From a virus (taxonomy: Duplodnaviria; Heunggongvirae; Uroviricota; Caudoviricetes), in the IMG/VR virus record IMGVR_UViG_3300028887_000068, positions 160,001 through 224,000 of that record: 64,000 nucleotides of DNA; one strand, written 5' to 3'. A program made the translations under genes and the position numbers. Positions 27,227 through 36,626 of the stretch are shown here, in pieces. The notes under the pieces were generated by a model. It saw nothing but the letters and a program-made list of their open reading frames with translations, did not search any database and was not told the origin of the DNA. The number at the start of each line of letters is the position of its first letter. Position 1 is the first letter of the stretch.

Positions 27227-28345
27227 ATGGCTGAAAATGAAAACTATGAAAAGATCGAAGTTGCTCTTAAGGAAACTCTTGAAAGAGCCAACGGAGACGC
27301 TCGCAGGGTCAACATGCGAGTATTCTGCGAGAATCAGGGGTTCGATTATAAAGAAGCTGCGAGTGTCATTCGCACCTCTTCAGAACTCCCGATCAAGTGG
27401 GTTGACAGGGAACAACTTCTTTCGACTTTCCCGAAGCCGGAAGAGGAAGAGAAGCTCCCGGCTAAGTGCTATGCTGACGCAGCAGATATGAGCAAGAGGA
27501 AGCGCAAGAAGATTCGCGCAATGTTTTGGAGCAATCCGAAACTGACCGTTCAGGAATTCTTGGCTCATCAACCAGAAGGATGTCAGGTTACGGAGAAAGC
27601 TCTCCGCGAAATCTTAGGGGAACTTTGGGAAGAAAGATACGAATATAAGAAACCCAGAAAGGACTGGGACTCCTATGTTGAAATCTTGAGATCCCTTCCG
27701 GAGAGCAAGTCCGTTGCATCATTCTGTCGAGAACAGGGTCTCAAGCAGGATCAGTTCAAGAAGAACTGTCCTCCGGATCTGTACGAGGCTCATAGCCCAG
27801 TTCGCATTAATTGGGAGCTTCATATTGAGGCTCTCAAGAGCGGCGACATCTCTTATCAAGAGTACTGTAAACGGAACAATATCAGGGTTCAAAGTTTCTG
27901 CTATCATTGTGACGCCGAAACTCTTGAGAGATTCGACGAAGCGAAAATGCGGGACAGAGAACGTGCTGCAAAGTACGATCCCGAAAAGACTGTTCGCGAG
28001 AACGCTCAAATCTTGGGTGTTACCGAACAGTACATGTCCTTGTGGATTAAGGACAAACTCCAGGTCATTGATCCGGAAAAGTATGGTCGTATTCACGAAG
28101 TCCGCAAAGAGAACCGCTTGACGGATGAAGAGAAAAAGATCCTCGCTCTCGAAGCGATGGTCGAAACACTCCGCAAGAAGAATCTCGAAAAGGAAAGCGA
28201 GAACGCTTTGCTCAGATCAAAGATCTCGTCGCTGGAAACTTCCAATGCCGCTCTTCGTGGTGGTAAGGAAGCCCTCAATAGGGAACTCCTTGATCTTAAG
28301 CACAGGATCAAGGAAAACCTCATGGGTGTTATCAGCTCCCTTTAA
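27227..28345 (+). CDS. multi-HTH DNA-binding protein with C-terminal coiled coil
   Basis: Repeated S/TxxxFCxxxG-type units and heptad C-terminus. Confidence 0.65.
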   Translation: MAENENYEKIEVALKETLERANGDARRVNMRVFCENQGFDYKEAASVIRTSSELPIKWVDREQLLSTFPKPEEEEKLPAKCYADAADMSKRKRKKIRAMFWSNPKLTVQEFLAHQPEGCQVTEKALREILGELWEERYEYKKPRKDWDSYVEILRSLPESKSVASFCREQGLKQDQFKKNCPPDLYEAHSPVRINWELHIEALKSGDISYQEYCKRNNIRVQSFCYHCDAETLERFDEAKMRDRERAAKYDPEKTVRENAQILGVTEQYMSLWIKDKLQVIDPEKYGRIHEVRKENRLTDEEKKILALEAMVETLRKKNLEKESENALLRSKISSLETSNAALRGGKEALNRELLDLKHRIKENLMGVISSL

Positions 28346-28350
28346 ATAAT

Positions 28351-28384
28351 AAAAGAATCGGTCTGTACAACCGATTCTTTTTTT
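28351..28384. terminator. bidirectional terminator
   Basis: aaagaatcggt-ctgtaca-accgattcttt. Confidence 0.8.
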
Positions 28385-28385
28385 G

Positions 28386-29198
28386 TTATTCTCTGCTGGC
28401 ATAGAAAGCCTTTTTATTCTGCGATATACGCAGAGCTTTCTTTTCTTGTACAGCCTCATCCGAAAGGAGGTAATCCCCGTTGGCGAAAATATCTATACCG
28501 TAATTCTTAAATTCTTCATAGATACGATTATAGACACGGCGCTCGTCATTAGATAGATCAGATCTTGAGTGCTTGCCAAGACTAATAAGGTAATCGCGAC
28601 ATGGCTTCACTGCAGACTTCGCATTGCTTTGCCTGTCTTTTCTAAAATTGTCAATGAAAGCGGTGTCCTTGTACCTTCCATCAGAAAAGATATCTATACC
28701 ATACTTTCGATTGAAGTATTCTATGCGTTTATACGCTAATTTTTCTTCTTTTGTTAGTTCTGGTATCATCTTACCAAGCGACAAAAGAAATTTTGCTGCT
28801 GGCTTGTCTTTCTTTTTGTTGTTATCGGAAACTCTTTGAATACGTGTTCCATAGGTAACATTATACTGGCGATCGCACCATTCCAAATTGTCGTATCTAT
28901 TGTTTTCTTGGTTTTCATCTTTATGGTTCACCTCAAGAAAGTGAGTCGGATCCGGATTATGAACGAAAGCTTCGGCTACAAGGCGATGAACATAAAAAGT
29001 AACATTATGTCTCGATATACGCATATAACCTGATCCAGTCTTTCCTATGTGAGCATCAATAAAGTCGTCTTCGCTAAAATCAGCTGAAAGAGCTCTGCTG
29101 TTAGCAGGAACCTTGATTTTTCCATCAGGAAAAACTAGAAATGTAAACATTTTTCCATTTTTCTTTTCCTGTAATCTTACTGGTTTGAGTTTTTCCAT
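28386..29198 (-). mobile_element. free-standing HNH homing endonuclease
   Basis: VHRLVAEAF..NP...VNHKDEN..NN..DNLEWC...YN (HNH_3 type); more AT-rich than neighbours. Confidence 0.85.
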
Positions 29199-29202
29199 AA
29201 AA

Positions 29203-29230
29203 ATCTCCTTAATGCGAACATTAAGGAGAT
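29203..29230 (-). promoter_or_regulatory. 12-bp hairpin (UUCG loop) acting as terminator and occluding the HNH RBS
   Basis: atctccttaatg-ttcg-cattaaggagat-tttt-ATG on minus strand. Confidence 0.75.
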
Positions 29231-29250
29231 AAATCTTTTGCGAAAATTAG

Positions 29251-29973
29251 CTAAAAAGACGTGAAGATTTTCCTGCGATTTGCCGATAGATGCATGTTCT
29301 GACGGAACTTTTCGAGAAGTTCTCTTCGTTCATTAACGGCATCTTCGTAAGTACCAGTATACAGTTCAATCTCAGACTGCGTAGTATTCACATTCGTAAA
29401 TACATGGCGGAATCCAAGAATGTCCATACGGATATCGCAAGCCGCAAGCTGGAGGATATACTCACGGAGACCCGGATGGAATTCCGTAAAGTCAGAGTGA
29501 GCGACCTTAAGCTTTAAAGCCATTCTGTTGTCATTCATTCCTTCTGGCGGGTTAGGAGCAATGTTTATCTTGTTAGGAGGCAGGAAGTGTACTGTGTACG
29601 GGATAGCCGTGAAATTGGCAATCTCATCCTGCAAGAAACTCAAGACAAACTCAAACGGACAAACACGGTAAAAGCGATCGTAGAATGTAGTTGAGCTTCC
29701 GATACCATTGAGAGATGTCAGAAGTTCAGCACCAAGAAGCTGCGTAGGAGTTTCAACATAGTACATCCCCGGCTGTCCGTCAACCATGTCGTTCTTCATA
29801 TCCACGATGTAGTGGATTATCTTCGGGAAGTATACAGAAAGCGTCGGTAAGGTTTCATCTTTAAGAATTTCAGCGATAGCATCATCGTCGAGTTCGAGAT
29901 TTCTCATTCCCGCACCGACACGAGCCTTTACACGCTGAATAATCTTGGAAGTACTAAGCCACAAATTATCCAT
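29251..29973 (-). CDS. neck protein, T4 gp13-like
   Basis: IIQRVKARVGA..RNLELDDDAI..I and ILQLA....R....G.......A..ERRELLEK resemble gp13 termini. Confidence 0.6.
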   Translation of the reverse strand: MDNLWLSTSKIIQRVKARVGAGMRNLELDDDAIAEILKDETLPTLSVYFPKIIHYIVDMKNDMVDGQPGMYYVETPTQLLGAELLTSLNGIGSSTTFYDRFYRVCPFEFVLSFLQDEIANFTAIPYTVHFLPPNKINIAPNPPEGMNDNRMALKLKVAHSDFTEFHPGLREYILQLAACDIRMDILGFRHVFTNVNTTQSEIELYTGTYEDAVNERRELLEKFRQNMHLSANRRKIFTSF

Positions 29974-29984
29974 AGCAGAATCCT

Positions 29985-30383
29985 CTATTTAGTTTTATTC
30001 TCGATTAACGTCTTTACGCTGATAACAATTTCCGTTAGCCGATCAACTTTCTCGGCTATCTTTTCAACTGTTTCAACTCTCTGTACCATGACAGCCTGTC
30101 CTTGTTCAAGTGCCTTAGTAGAAGACTTGAGAGTTTCTATGCTCCGATAGTCATTGTCTAACTTAGTCTTAATGGTTCCCATGTCCTTAGTCTTATCTTT
30201 TAGCTCGGAGATTTCCTTATCGGAATTCTCTTTTGCTGTTTCTAGAGCTTTGATACGGGCTTCCATAGATTCGCCTTGCGTGGTATTTGTTTTGCTTTTC
30301 ACATAGGCCGTACATGCAGCTATGAGACCAGCAAGACCTGTTAGAACACCTATGATAGCAAAAGTTAATCTCGGATCTTCCAT
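29985..30383 (-). CDS. membrane-anchored coiled-coil protein (possible lysis accessory)
   Basis: N-terminal TM FAIIGVLTGLAGLIAA then heptads. Confidence 0.6.
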   Translation of the reverse strand: MEDPRLTFAIIGVLTGLAGLIAACTAYVKSKTNTTQGESMEARIKALETAKENSDKEISELKDKTKDMGTIKTKLDNDYRSIETLKSSTKALEQGQAVMVQRVETVEKIAEKVDRLTEIVISVKTLIENKTK

Positions 30384-30386
30384 TAA

Positions 30387-31151
30387 CTAACCCCCGAATA
30401 CGTCATCCAAAACAGAGAAAGTCTTGGATCTCAAGTCACAGATAGAAATCATCCCATTTCCACCCTTAAGGTTCACAACACCCTTGTTGATAGATGCTGT
30501 CTGCACCTTACCGTCAAGCATGTCCTCAATAGCGAACAGAGAGTTGATACCTTCAGATCCGAGCACTTCCTTCACCTGTTCATCAGTAACAGCGATATCA
30601 TCGAGCTTGATGAACGGATTTGGAGATTCAGTGGCAGATACCATTCGTGCAGCAGCATGAGACGGTACTGGAACCCAGTCATAGGTAGTGATCTTCAGGT
30701 TAACAACACGGAAGTGGTCTTGTTCTTGTTTAAGCTTGTGAAGTCCTCTCATGGAGAACGACAGCACCTTCTGCTTATCCACTTCTTTCTTCATCCAAGA
30801 GCCATTCTGGTTGACAGTCGTAGTAATGTCGCCATAGAACTTGTTGGCTTTCTTGTCGAGTTTCATGATAGCATGAGACACTTTAGTATAGTCCGTATAA
30901 AGCTGTCTTTTGATACTCGTATCGAACGGGTGTCCTGCTTCACCATACCAAGTGCCGCACTGGAGAGCTTCTTGGAGAAGCGGATCATTCAATGCTGCGT
31001 CAATCAAACCAGTTGGATAAATCTTGCGGTTACGGTTCAGGATATCACCATCTTGCAAAATAGCACGAAAAGTCACGTCATCGTCAGTTTCTTTGATGAT
31101 CGAAGGATTCGATCTTGCTTCAAAGTTGTTGGCTAAAAACACCGAAGGCAT
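30387..31151 (-). CDS. prohead protease (T4 gp21-like)
   Basis: NRNRKIYP, GEAGHP, VSH, SFSMRG, TYDWV.VPS..AR; AAGGAG RBS before ATG 31151. Confidence 0.9.
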   Translation of the reverse strand: MPSVFLANNFEARSNPSIIKETDDDVTFRAILQDGDILNRNRKIYPTGLIDAALNDPLLQEALQCGTWYGEAGHPFDTSIKRQLYTDYTKVSHAIMKLDKKANKFYGDITTTVNQNGSWMKKEVDKQKVLSFSMRGLHKLKQEQDHFRVVNLKITTYDWVPVPSHAAARMVSATESPNPFIKLDDIAVTDEQVKEVLGSEGINSLFAIEDMLDGKVQTASINKGVVNLKGGNGMISICDLRSKTFSVLDDVFGG

Positions 31152-31170
31152 AAGCTCTCCTTTTGATTTT

Positions 31171-31183
31171 TCAATATGAAGTT
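31171..31183 (-). promoter_or_regulatory. AACT-class promoter (AACTtcatATTGA)
   Basis: Between hairpin 31200-31228 and protease RBS. Confidence 0.7.
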
Positions 31184-31199
31184 GCCATAAGATAAAGAA

Positions 31200-31228
31200 A
31201 TAGAAATAGGTCAAAGACCTATTTCTAT
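31200..31228 (-). terminator. terminator hairpin
   Basis: atagaaataggtc-aaa-gacctatttctat. Confidence 0.7.
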
Positions 31229-31307
31229 GAAATGTTACTTATGCTTTCCGTAGATGAAAATCATCGAGAGCACCGATAATGGAACCATAAGTATAGCTTT
31301 CAACGTC

Positions 31308-31829
31308 TTATGAAGCTTTTTCCTCATTGGCAACCTCACTTGTACTAGGGAGGTCAAGGGGCTTGTCGCCTTCATCGTTCGGGATAAACTGCTTGTTCTT
31401 TTCGTAGAATTCTTCCGAAGAGACCGCACAGTGTTCGAAGTATTCCGGGAAGGTTTCATTCAACAGTTTAGTTTCTTCGCCGTTGCAGATCCACTTCTTA
31501 CCGATAATGAACTGCTTGTTCGTTTTGTCTCCCTTGATGATTTCGAAAGCACACCAGTGGATAGTGATACCGTTATCAGAGATAACAGCAACAATACACT
31601 TGTCACCACCAGCCAATACGGAGATATCGCACTCCTTCTGTTCCTTGATATTGGCTTCAGAGATTTCGTTGCAGTCGCAGTCAACGATACGGCTGATTCT
31701 CAAACCATGAAGTTCGAGAGCATGACCCTTCTGGTCGAAACCCTTGTGAATATCCTGTTGCTTGGAGAATTCGACAAGGTAGAGTTTCTTAGAGTCAAGA
31801 TAGGGTTTGATGTTCATTCCTTCGGGCAT
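31308..31829 (-). CDS. hypothetical protein
   Basis: AAGGAG RBS; AACT-N5-AATGA variant at 31849-31862. Confidence 0.75.
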   Translation of the reverse strand: MPEGMNIKPYLDSKKLYLVEFSKQQDIHKGFDQKGHALELHGLRISRIVDCDCNEISEANIKEQKECDISVLAGGDKCIVAVISDNGITIHWCAFEIIKGDKTNKQFIIGKKWICNGEETKLLNETFPEYFEHCAVSSEEFYEKNKQFIPNDEGDKPLDLPSTSEVANEEKAS

Positions 31830-31923
31830 GTTTACTCCTTAATTGATTTCATTTTTATAGTTCATACAATTCTTTGAAAGAGCAAAAAATAAAACCGGGT
31901 TATCTTTCGATACCCGGTATTCT

Positions 31924-32472
31924 TTAGTCTAGATGTTTTGGAGCAGGAATCTCACCTTCGAATTCGAAGTCAATCGGGACAATCTGTCTCTTGCCTTCAA
32001 ATGTTTCGATGATCTTACAACGCTCAAATTTATGAACAACATCCTTCGTTGCATTATACAGCTCCTGTAAAGCCATAGCCCAGATAGCAAAACTTCCATT
32101 AGGCTTATTCATCCTGTAGACGTCTCGCTCAAGTTCGTCGGGTTCTTGATGCCAGCATACTAAGCTCTTCATCTTTCCACGGACTTCATCCGTTATAGAT
32201 CTGAACATAATGTAAGCATGGTTGAATTCCGGGCCGTGGCCTGAACAACAGTACTGTGTTTCTACCCCTTCAATGCTGTTCAAACACAGAATGGGCAAGA
32301 GAATAGCATCATCAATATTATGGTATCCTTCCATAAACAGCTTTGCGCGGTCATAGACATCAGGCCACTGTACGATGTATTTCTTCTCTCTGAAGTTAAC
32401 AAAGGCTTGGGATGTAGAGGTGCTGTTAGCACCATTACACACCAAGTCAAACGCTAATTCGTCTGGCGTCAT
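31924..32472 (-). CDS. phage protein with TxxCCSGH motif
   Basis: ID..I....L.LN...G.ETQYCCSGH......AYI.F; ATGA overlap with RNAP beta C. Confidence 0.65.
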   Translation of the reverse strand: MTPDELAFDLVCNGANSTSTSQAFVNFREKKYIVQWPDVYDRAKLFMEGYHNIDDAILLPILCLNSIEGVETQYCCSGHGPEFNHAYIMFRSITDEVRGKMKSLVCWHQEPDELERDVYRMNKPNGSFAIWAMALQELYNATKDVVHKFERCKIIETFEGKRQIVPIDFEFEGEIPAPKHLD

Positions 32473-34361
32473 TTCTTGATCCTTAATCCGAGTCCGCTGA
32501 GATAACCGTTAAGCATACTCTTCGGAACATTGTTGCCTTTCCTTTCGAGAATGATCTCTTCGCCTTCTTTCTTTTTGATGAGAGCTTGTGCAAGCGCTAA
32601 TCTATCTTCAGAAGACTGAGAAGAGAACGACAACAAGTCAGAAATGTCTTTGAGGTTTCCAGAGAACATCAGGTTGGAGGTTTCTTGTTCACCAAGTCTA
32701 ATCGGGGTCTTGCTAAGAATATCAGTACTCTTCGCACTCTTACTCTTGTTCGGCACACCCTTGGAACTAAGTAAGCCGACACATCTTGCAGACTGCTTGC
32801 CAGACGGTTCTTGTTTCAGACGCATAAAGTACGCCTTGGCAAACGTCAACGGACGGTCGATACCCTTGAACTTGGTCTGTTGAATTCCGAGTTCTTCAAC
32901 CAGGTCAGCGTATTCTTCGAAGCTGATGTTATCAAAGAATGGCGGCATGTGAATCGGGAAGCCCTTGTCGTACATCTCATTGATGAACGTCGTCAGAGCT
33001 GTTTCATCCAACGACTCGATGTACTTATCAAAGGACTCCTTCTGGTCATAGTTCAGAGCAAGATAACATTCACGAATACCTTCGATCTTCCCATCGAGTT
33101 TATCGTTCATGTGTCTCTTTCTGAAGTTGTCCGCTATTTCGTTGATTGCAAGTTCAAACAACGCACCGGGGTTCAATCGACCGATGATACCGAGAGGCGA
33201 CATACAAACTTCTGCATGGTCTCCATCAATGGTTTCCGGCATCTGGTCATCGGGCAGGATCTTAGAAATCACGCCCTTAGAGCCATAGCGATTTGTAATC
33301 TTACAACCTTCTTCAAGCGGTCTCTGATGACAGACTTTCACGTTCAGATACAAGAAGTCAAATTCATTCTTAGCTATCCACGGCTTCTTTTCGCTATGCG
33401 GGCCGTTCACCGACTCCGTATACCTAGCTATCGCATACGATGCATCCGGTGTAAGCAAACCCGTTTGCTTATAGGGCCATAAAGTTTCAATGATTTCCAA
33501 CCAGTATCTTTCCTGATTTTCCAAGATATCTCTAATCTGCTTCGACCACGGTTCGTTCAGAACTTCGGACGCAACGTTAGAGTATACCGTAATGTCTTCC
33601 ACATATCCTACTCCACTGAAGACTGCGTCTGATGCGATAATCTTCTGTGCTGTAGCATCTGTAAATCTTGCAAACGAAGAACGCTTTTCGTATCTACGTC
33701 TTGCACAAATGATACCATTACTAATCTCTTGGAAGATATCCGGGAGACACTTGTAGTCATTGCTGTCGCCGTAAAGATTAAGTAACACGTCGTTCGAGTT
33801 GATAAGAACGCCGTATTCCATGATCTCAGTGAAAGCCATCTTTTGCGCAGCTGTTTCCGATACCAAAATGGCGTCTTCGATGGTTCCATCCTTATGGTTA
33901 TAGAAGATCGTTTTCAGATTCTTTCCATAAGCCAAGTTTAAGTGGTCGTCATATGCCGAAGCCGAGCTAATCACTTCCCCTGCTTCAATTTCCATTCCTT
34001 CCGTAATGTTCTCGAAATCGGGAACACGGTTAAGATAACCGAAGTGCTCGGTGAGTCTCTTCGAGCTTGTGATTTCTTTAAAGTCAATCTTTTTCGTCTC
34101 TTGATCTTCTAGTATCAAGGCATAAGTAGAGTCGTTCTTTTTGATAGCCTTGACTACCTTCTGCTTATGGTCATATCGAAGAATGGACGAAGAAACTTCT
34201 CCGACCTGATTCTCGAAATTCGTAAAGAGCAGAGGCGGTTCCGGATCATCCAATACAAGAGCCTGATTTAGATGGTTGCAGACCATGTTAAGTCTTGGGC
34301 CATCGATCTTGTTCGCATTGGGAACCAGCAGTTCACTTTCGAGAAAGCTGTGATCTGCCAT
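32469..34361 (-). CDS. RNA polymerase beta C-terminal subunit (probably non-virion RNAP)
   Basis: D..R..M...H..QA, GKNL, EDAILVSE, GCKITNRYGSKGVISKILPDDQMP, PLG..GRLN.G, YFMRLK, RLGEQE. Confidence 0.9.
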   Translation of the reverse strand: MADHSFLESELLVPNANKIDGPRLNMVCNHLNQALVLDDPEPPLLFTNFENQVGEVSSSILRYDHKQKVVKAIKKNDSTYALILEDQETKKIDFKEITSSKRLTEHFGYLNRVPDFENITEGMEIEAGEVISSASAYDDHLNLAYGKNLKTIFYNHKDGTIEDAILVSETAAQKMAFTEIMEYGVLINSNDVLLNLYGDSNDYKCLPDIFQEISNGIICARRRYEKRSSFARFTDATAQKIIASDAVFSGVGYVEDITVYSNVASEVLNEPWSKQIRDILENQERYWLEIIETLWPYKQTGLLTPDASYAIARYTESVNGPHSEKKPWIAKNEFDFLYLNVKVCHQRPLEEGCKITNRYGSKGVISKILPDDQMPETIDGDHAEVCMSPLGIIGRLNPGALFELAINEIADNFRKRHMNDKLDGKIEGIRECYLALNYDQKESFDKYIESLDETALTTFINEMYDKGFPIHMPPFFDNISFEEYADLVEELGIQQTKFKGIDRPLTFAKAYFMRLKQEPSGKQSARCVGLLSSKGVPNKSKSAKSTDILSKTPIRLGEQETSNLMFSGNLKDISDLLSFSSQSSEDRLALAQALIKKKEGEEIILERKGNNVPKSMLNGYLSGLGLRIKK

Positions 34362-34377
34362 TTTTCTCCTTGAGGTT

Positions 34378-34428
34378 AAAGATAGGAGAATCCCAAGCGT
34401 TTCCTGAGATTCTCCTTATCTAATATAC
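34378..34428 (-). promoter_or_regulatory. early-type motif GTATATTAGA followed by a leader hairpin
   Basis: Motif 34419-34428, then aggagaatc...gattctcct stem upstream of the beta C RBS. Confidence 0.5.
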
Positions 34429-35321
34429 TATTTTATGGCATTGCTGACAAACGTGCCATCAACATATTCGCCCTTAGTGAGCTTACAGTAGATCTTGTGA
34501 AGGGCTTCTTCGGAGATTTCTTGTCTTTCTCCAGAAGGCCATTCCAGAATAGTCGTGTAGATCTTTGCTACAAGATTAGTGCCAAGCGACTTGCGAGGGT
34601 CGCTCATACTGAATTGCTCAATAGGGAAAGGCCTTGCTACAATCCACATGCACCTGCCGGACGGTTCATCGAGCTCGACGGCGTTAACTAAGTGGTTGAC
34701 ATTGACGTAGATAGCGTTGCATCTTCCGTTATACGTCTTGACCTTTATCTTACTTCCGAAGTTAAGACACTTAATCTGGTTATCTTCAAAGTAAGTGTAT
34801 TCCTTAATCGTTTCCTTGATGTCGTAATCCTTCGGATTCCTGTCTTTGTAACGGACAGTAACCGAGCTAACGAAACTGCCTTCAGTGTTAAGCACGGAGA
34901 TAGGCCATGTTCCTTCATGGATCTCGACTTCTCTGTAATTCTCGAGTCTACGAGAGCAGAGAGTTCTCTTGTTAAGCGTCTCTACTTTACGCTCTTTGTC
35001 ATAGTTGTAGAGGAATTCCTTTTTCATAATGAATTCCGGGCTGACAAGCACAGAGAAATTCATCTTGCCACAGTCATCAAAGAAGTCGCAAGTATAGACA
35101 TCATTTCTCGGAAGCAGAGCTTTGAAGCCGTGAACACGAACAAAGCTAGACTGCTTGTAGATTTCCGGAAATGACTTAAATATTGTTGTCTTGTCCTTGT
35201 CAGAAATGTCGTCAAGAGCAAGCATCAAACTATACGGGCCGAAGTGTCTTCCCGTAATTCTGAAGGATGTGAAGAAGCTACTTCCGTCCGTAAGGAAAGT
35301 GCGTTTGGTGAAAATACCCAT
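34428..35321 (-). CDS. hypothetical protein
   Basis: GAGG RBS, 297 aa. Confidence 0.7.
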   Translation of the reverse strand: MGIFTKRTFLTDGSSFFTSFRITGRHFGPYSLMLALDDISDKDKTTIFKSFPEIYKQSSFVRVHGFKALLPRNDVYTCDFFDDCGKMNFSVLVSPEFIMKKEFLYNYDKERKVETLNKRTLCSRRLENYREVEIHEGTWPISVLNTEGSFVSSVTVRYKDRNPKDYDIKETIKEYTYFEDNQIKCLNFGSKIKVKTYNGRCNAIYVNVNHLVNAVELDEPSGRCMWIVARPFPIEQFSMSDPRKSLGTNLVAKIYTTILEWPSGERQEISEEALHKIYCKLTKGEYVDGTFVSNAIK

Positions 35322-35322
35322 C

Positions 35323-35595
35323 TTATGCCTCTGTCAGATAGCAGAATGTTACTTCAAGATCCTTCCGTGCTTTTTCAATTTCTTCTTCGTTTCCTTTTCC
35401 GATAGTTGCGAGCAGAGTGGCACCTCTGTCATACGCTTTGAACAGAGCGACACACTTGTCGTAGATTTCTGTATTGGACTCGCTATAGTCCTTGACTTTC
35501 GGGTTACGGCTCTTCAGAATTTCTTCCGGAATCACTCTGTTGATTTCTTCTTTAGAATAGCCGTTGATTGAGGTTAAGGCTTCTACCAATGTCAT
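35323..35595 (-). CDS. hypothetical protein
   Basis: Operon position, 90 aa. Confidence 0.65.
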   Translation of the reverse strand: MTLVEALTSINGYSKEEINRVIPEEILKSRNPKVKDYSESNTEIYDKCVALFKAYDRGATLLATIGKGNEEEIEKARKDLEVTFCYLTEA

Positions 35596-35603
35596 AAGCG
35601 TAC

Positions 35604-36599
35604 CTATGCGTTTGCTACAACATACTCGTTAAAGCTAAGCATCTCTCCATATAGAGACTGTGCAGCATCCTTGAAGTTCTTCAAAGCTACTGGCTCATCC
35701 CCTCTGGAGTTGATGATGAATCTTGTAACTACGAACGGATAGAAGCATGAGAAGTCTACTATCGCCATCGTAGCTAAAGCTTGCGGGAATGTCGTAAGTG
35801 AATTAAGGATTTCTTCTTTGAATCCTCTCACCGTTCTGGTGTCAGAAGAGAGGATGTAATTCTCTTTGTAGTCTTCTAGAAAGAGTGTCTTGATGGTCTT
35901 TTCTGTTCCCGGTATCACAAGCGTATCGAAGAATTTCGTGCTATTGAAGAATGTGAAAAAGTTCTCGGCGGGACTATACACACTCAAGAAAGTAGCGGTG
36001 ATAACAAGGATACGGTGCAGAAGAGAAGCATCATAGACATAGCCATCACGGATGGCGTTTCTTGCCGTAAGACCGAGAATTGTGGTTCTGTCAAAATGCT
36101 TAATGAGTTCCGTTCTAGCTAGTCTCGGATCCGGAATCAACAGAGGAATACCCTTAGACTTCGTGCGAAATTCTCCGAAAGATGTCGGGAAGAATTCACT
36201 ATCGAAATTATCTAGAGCCTTGTCTGAAGCGGAATCAGAGAACATGGCTAGATACGAATTGCGAAAGACATTCATAGCCATAGAGAGGGAGCTGCCAACA
36301 TACTCAGACTCGATGTACTTGCTGATAGCCTTATACCTTGCTGCCTTTTCGCTTGGCGATATAGACGCAGCAAAGACCTCATCGGAATCACTCTTATCGA
36401 GTTCTTCGAACGGTTTGAATGTAACATTCTCCCAGCTGAAGAATCTCTCGAACAATGTCTTGCGTCTATGGATAGACTCAAGGCCATCTATGATATCCCT
36501 GACATCATTTGCGCAGCTGCTATTCTCGTTAAGATAGTTAGATACAGCCTCGTAGATAGTGTCGATGATGTTAAAAGCGTTTCGTATATTATTTGCCAT
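35604..36599 (-). CDS. hypothetical late protein
   Basis: GAGG RBS before ATG 36599; promoter 36614-36626. Confidence 0.75.
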   Translation of the reverse strand: MANNIRNAFNIIDTIYEAVSNYLNENSSCANDVRDIIDGLESIHRRKTLFERFFSWENVTFKPFEELDKSDSDEVFAASISPSEKAARYKAISKYIESEYVGSSLSMAMNVFRNSYLAMFSDSASDKALDNFDSEFFPTSFGEFRTKSKGIPLLIPDPRLARTELIKHFDRTTILGLTARNAIRDGYVYDASLLHRILVITATFLSVYSPAENFFTFFNSTKFFDTLVIPGTEKTIKTLFLEDYKENYILSSDTRTVRGFKEEILNSLTTFPQALATMAIVDFSCFYPFVVTRFIINSRGDEPVALKNFKDAAQSLYGEMLSFNEYVVANA

Positions 36600-36613
36600 A
36601 TGTCCTCGCATGT

Positions 36614-36626
36614 TCATTGTAAAGTT
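36614..36626 (-). promoter_or_regulatory. AACT-class promoter (AACTttacAATGA)
   Basis: Consensus match. Confidence 0.75.

Noticed and set aside
27227-28345. IS element
   Set aside because: TnpA-like HTH units only; no DDE transposase, terminal inverted repeats or target duplication
28386-29250. Group I intron or intein hosting the HNH gene
   Set aside because: Flanking genes are intact and convergent, and there is no room for an intron core
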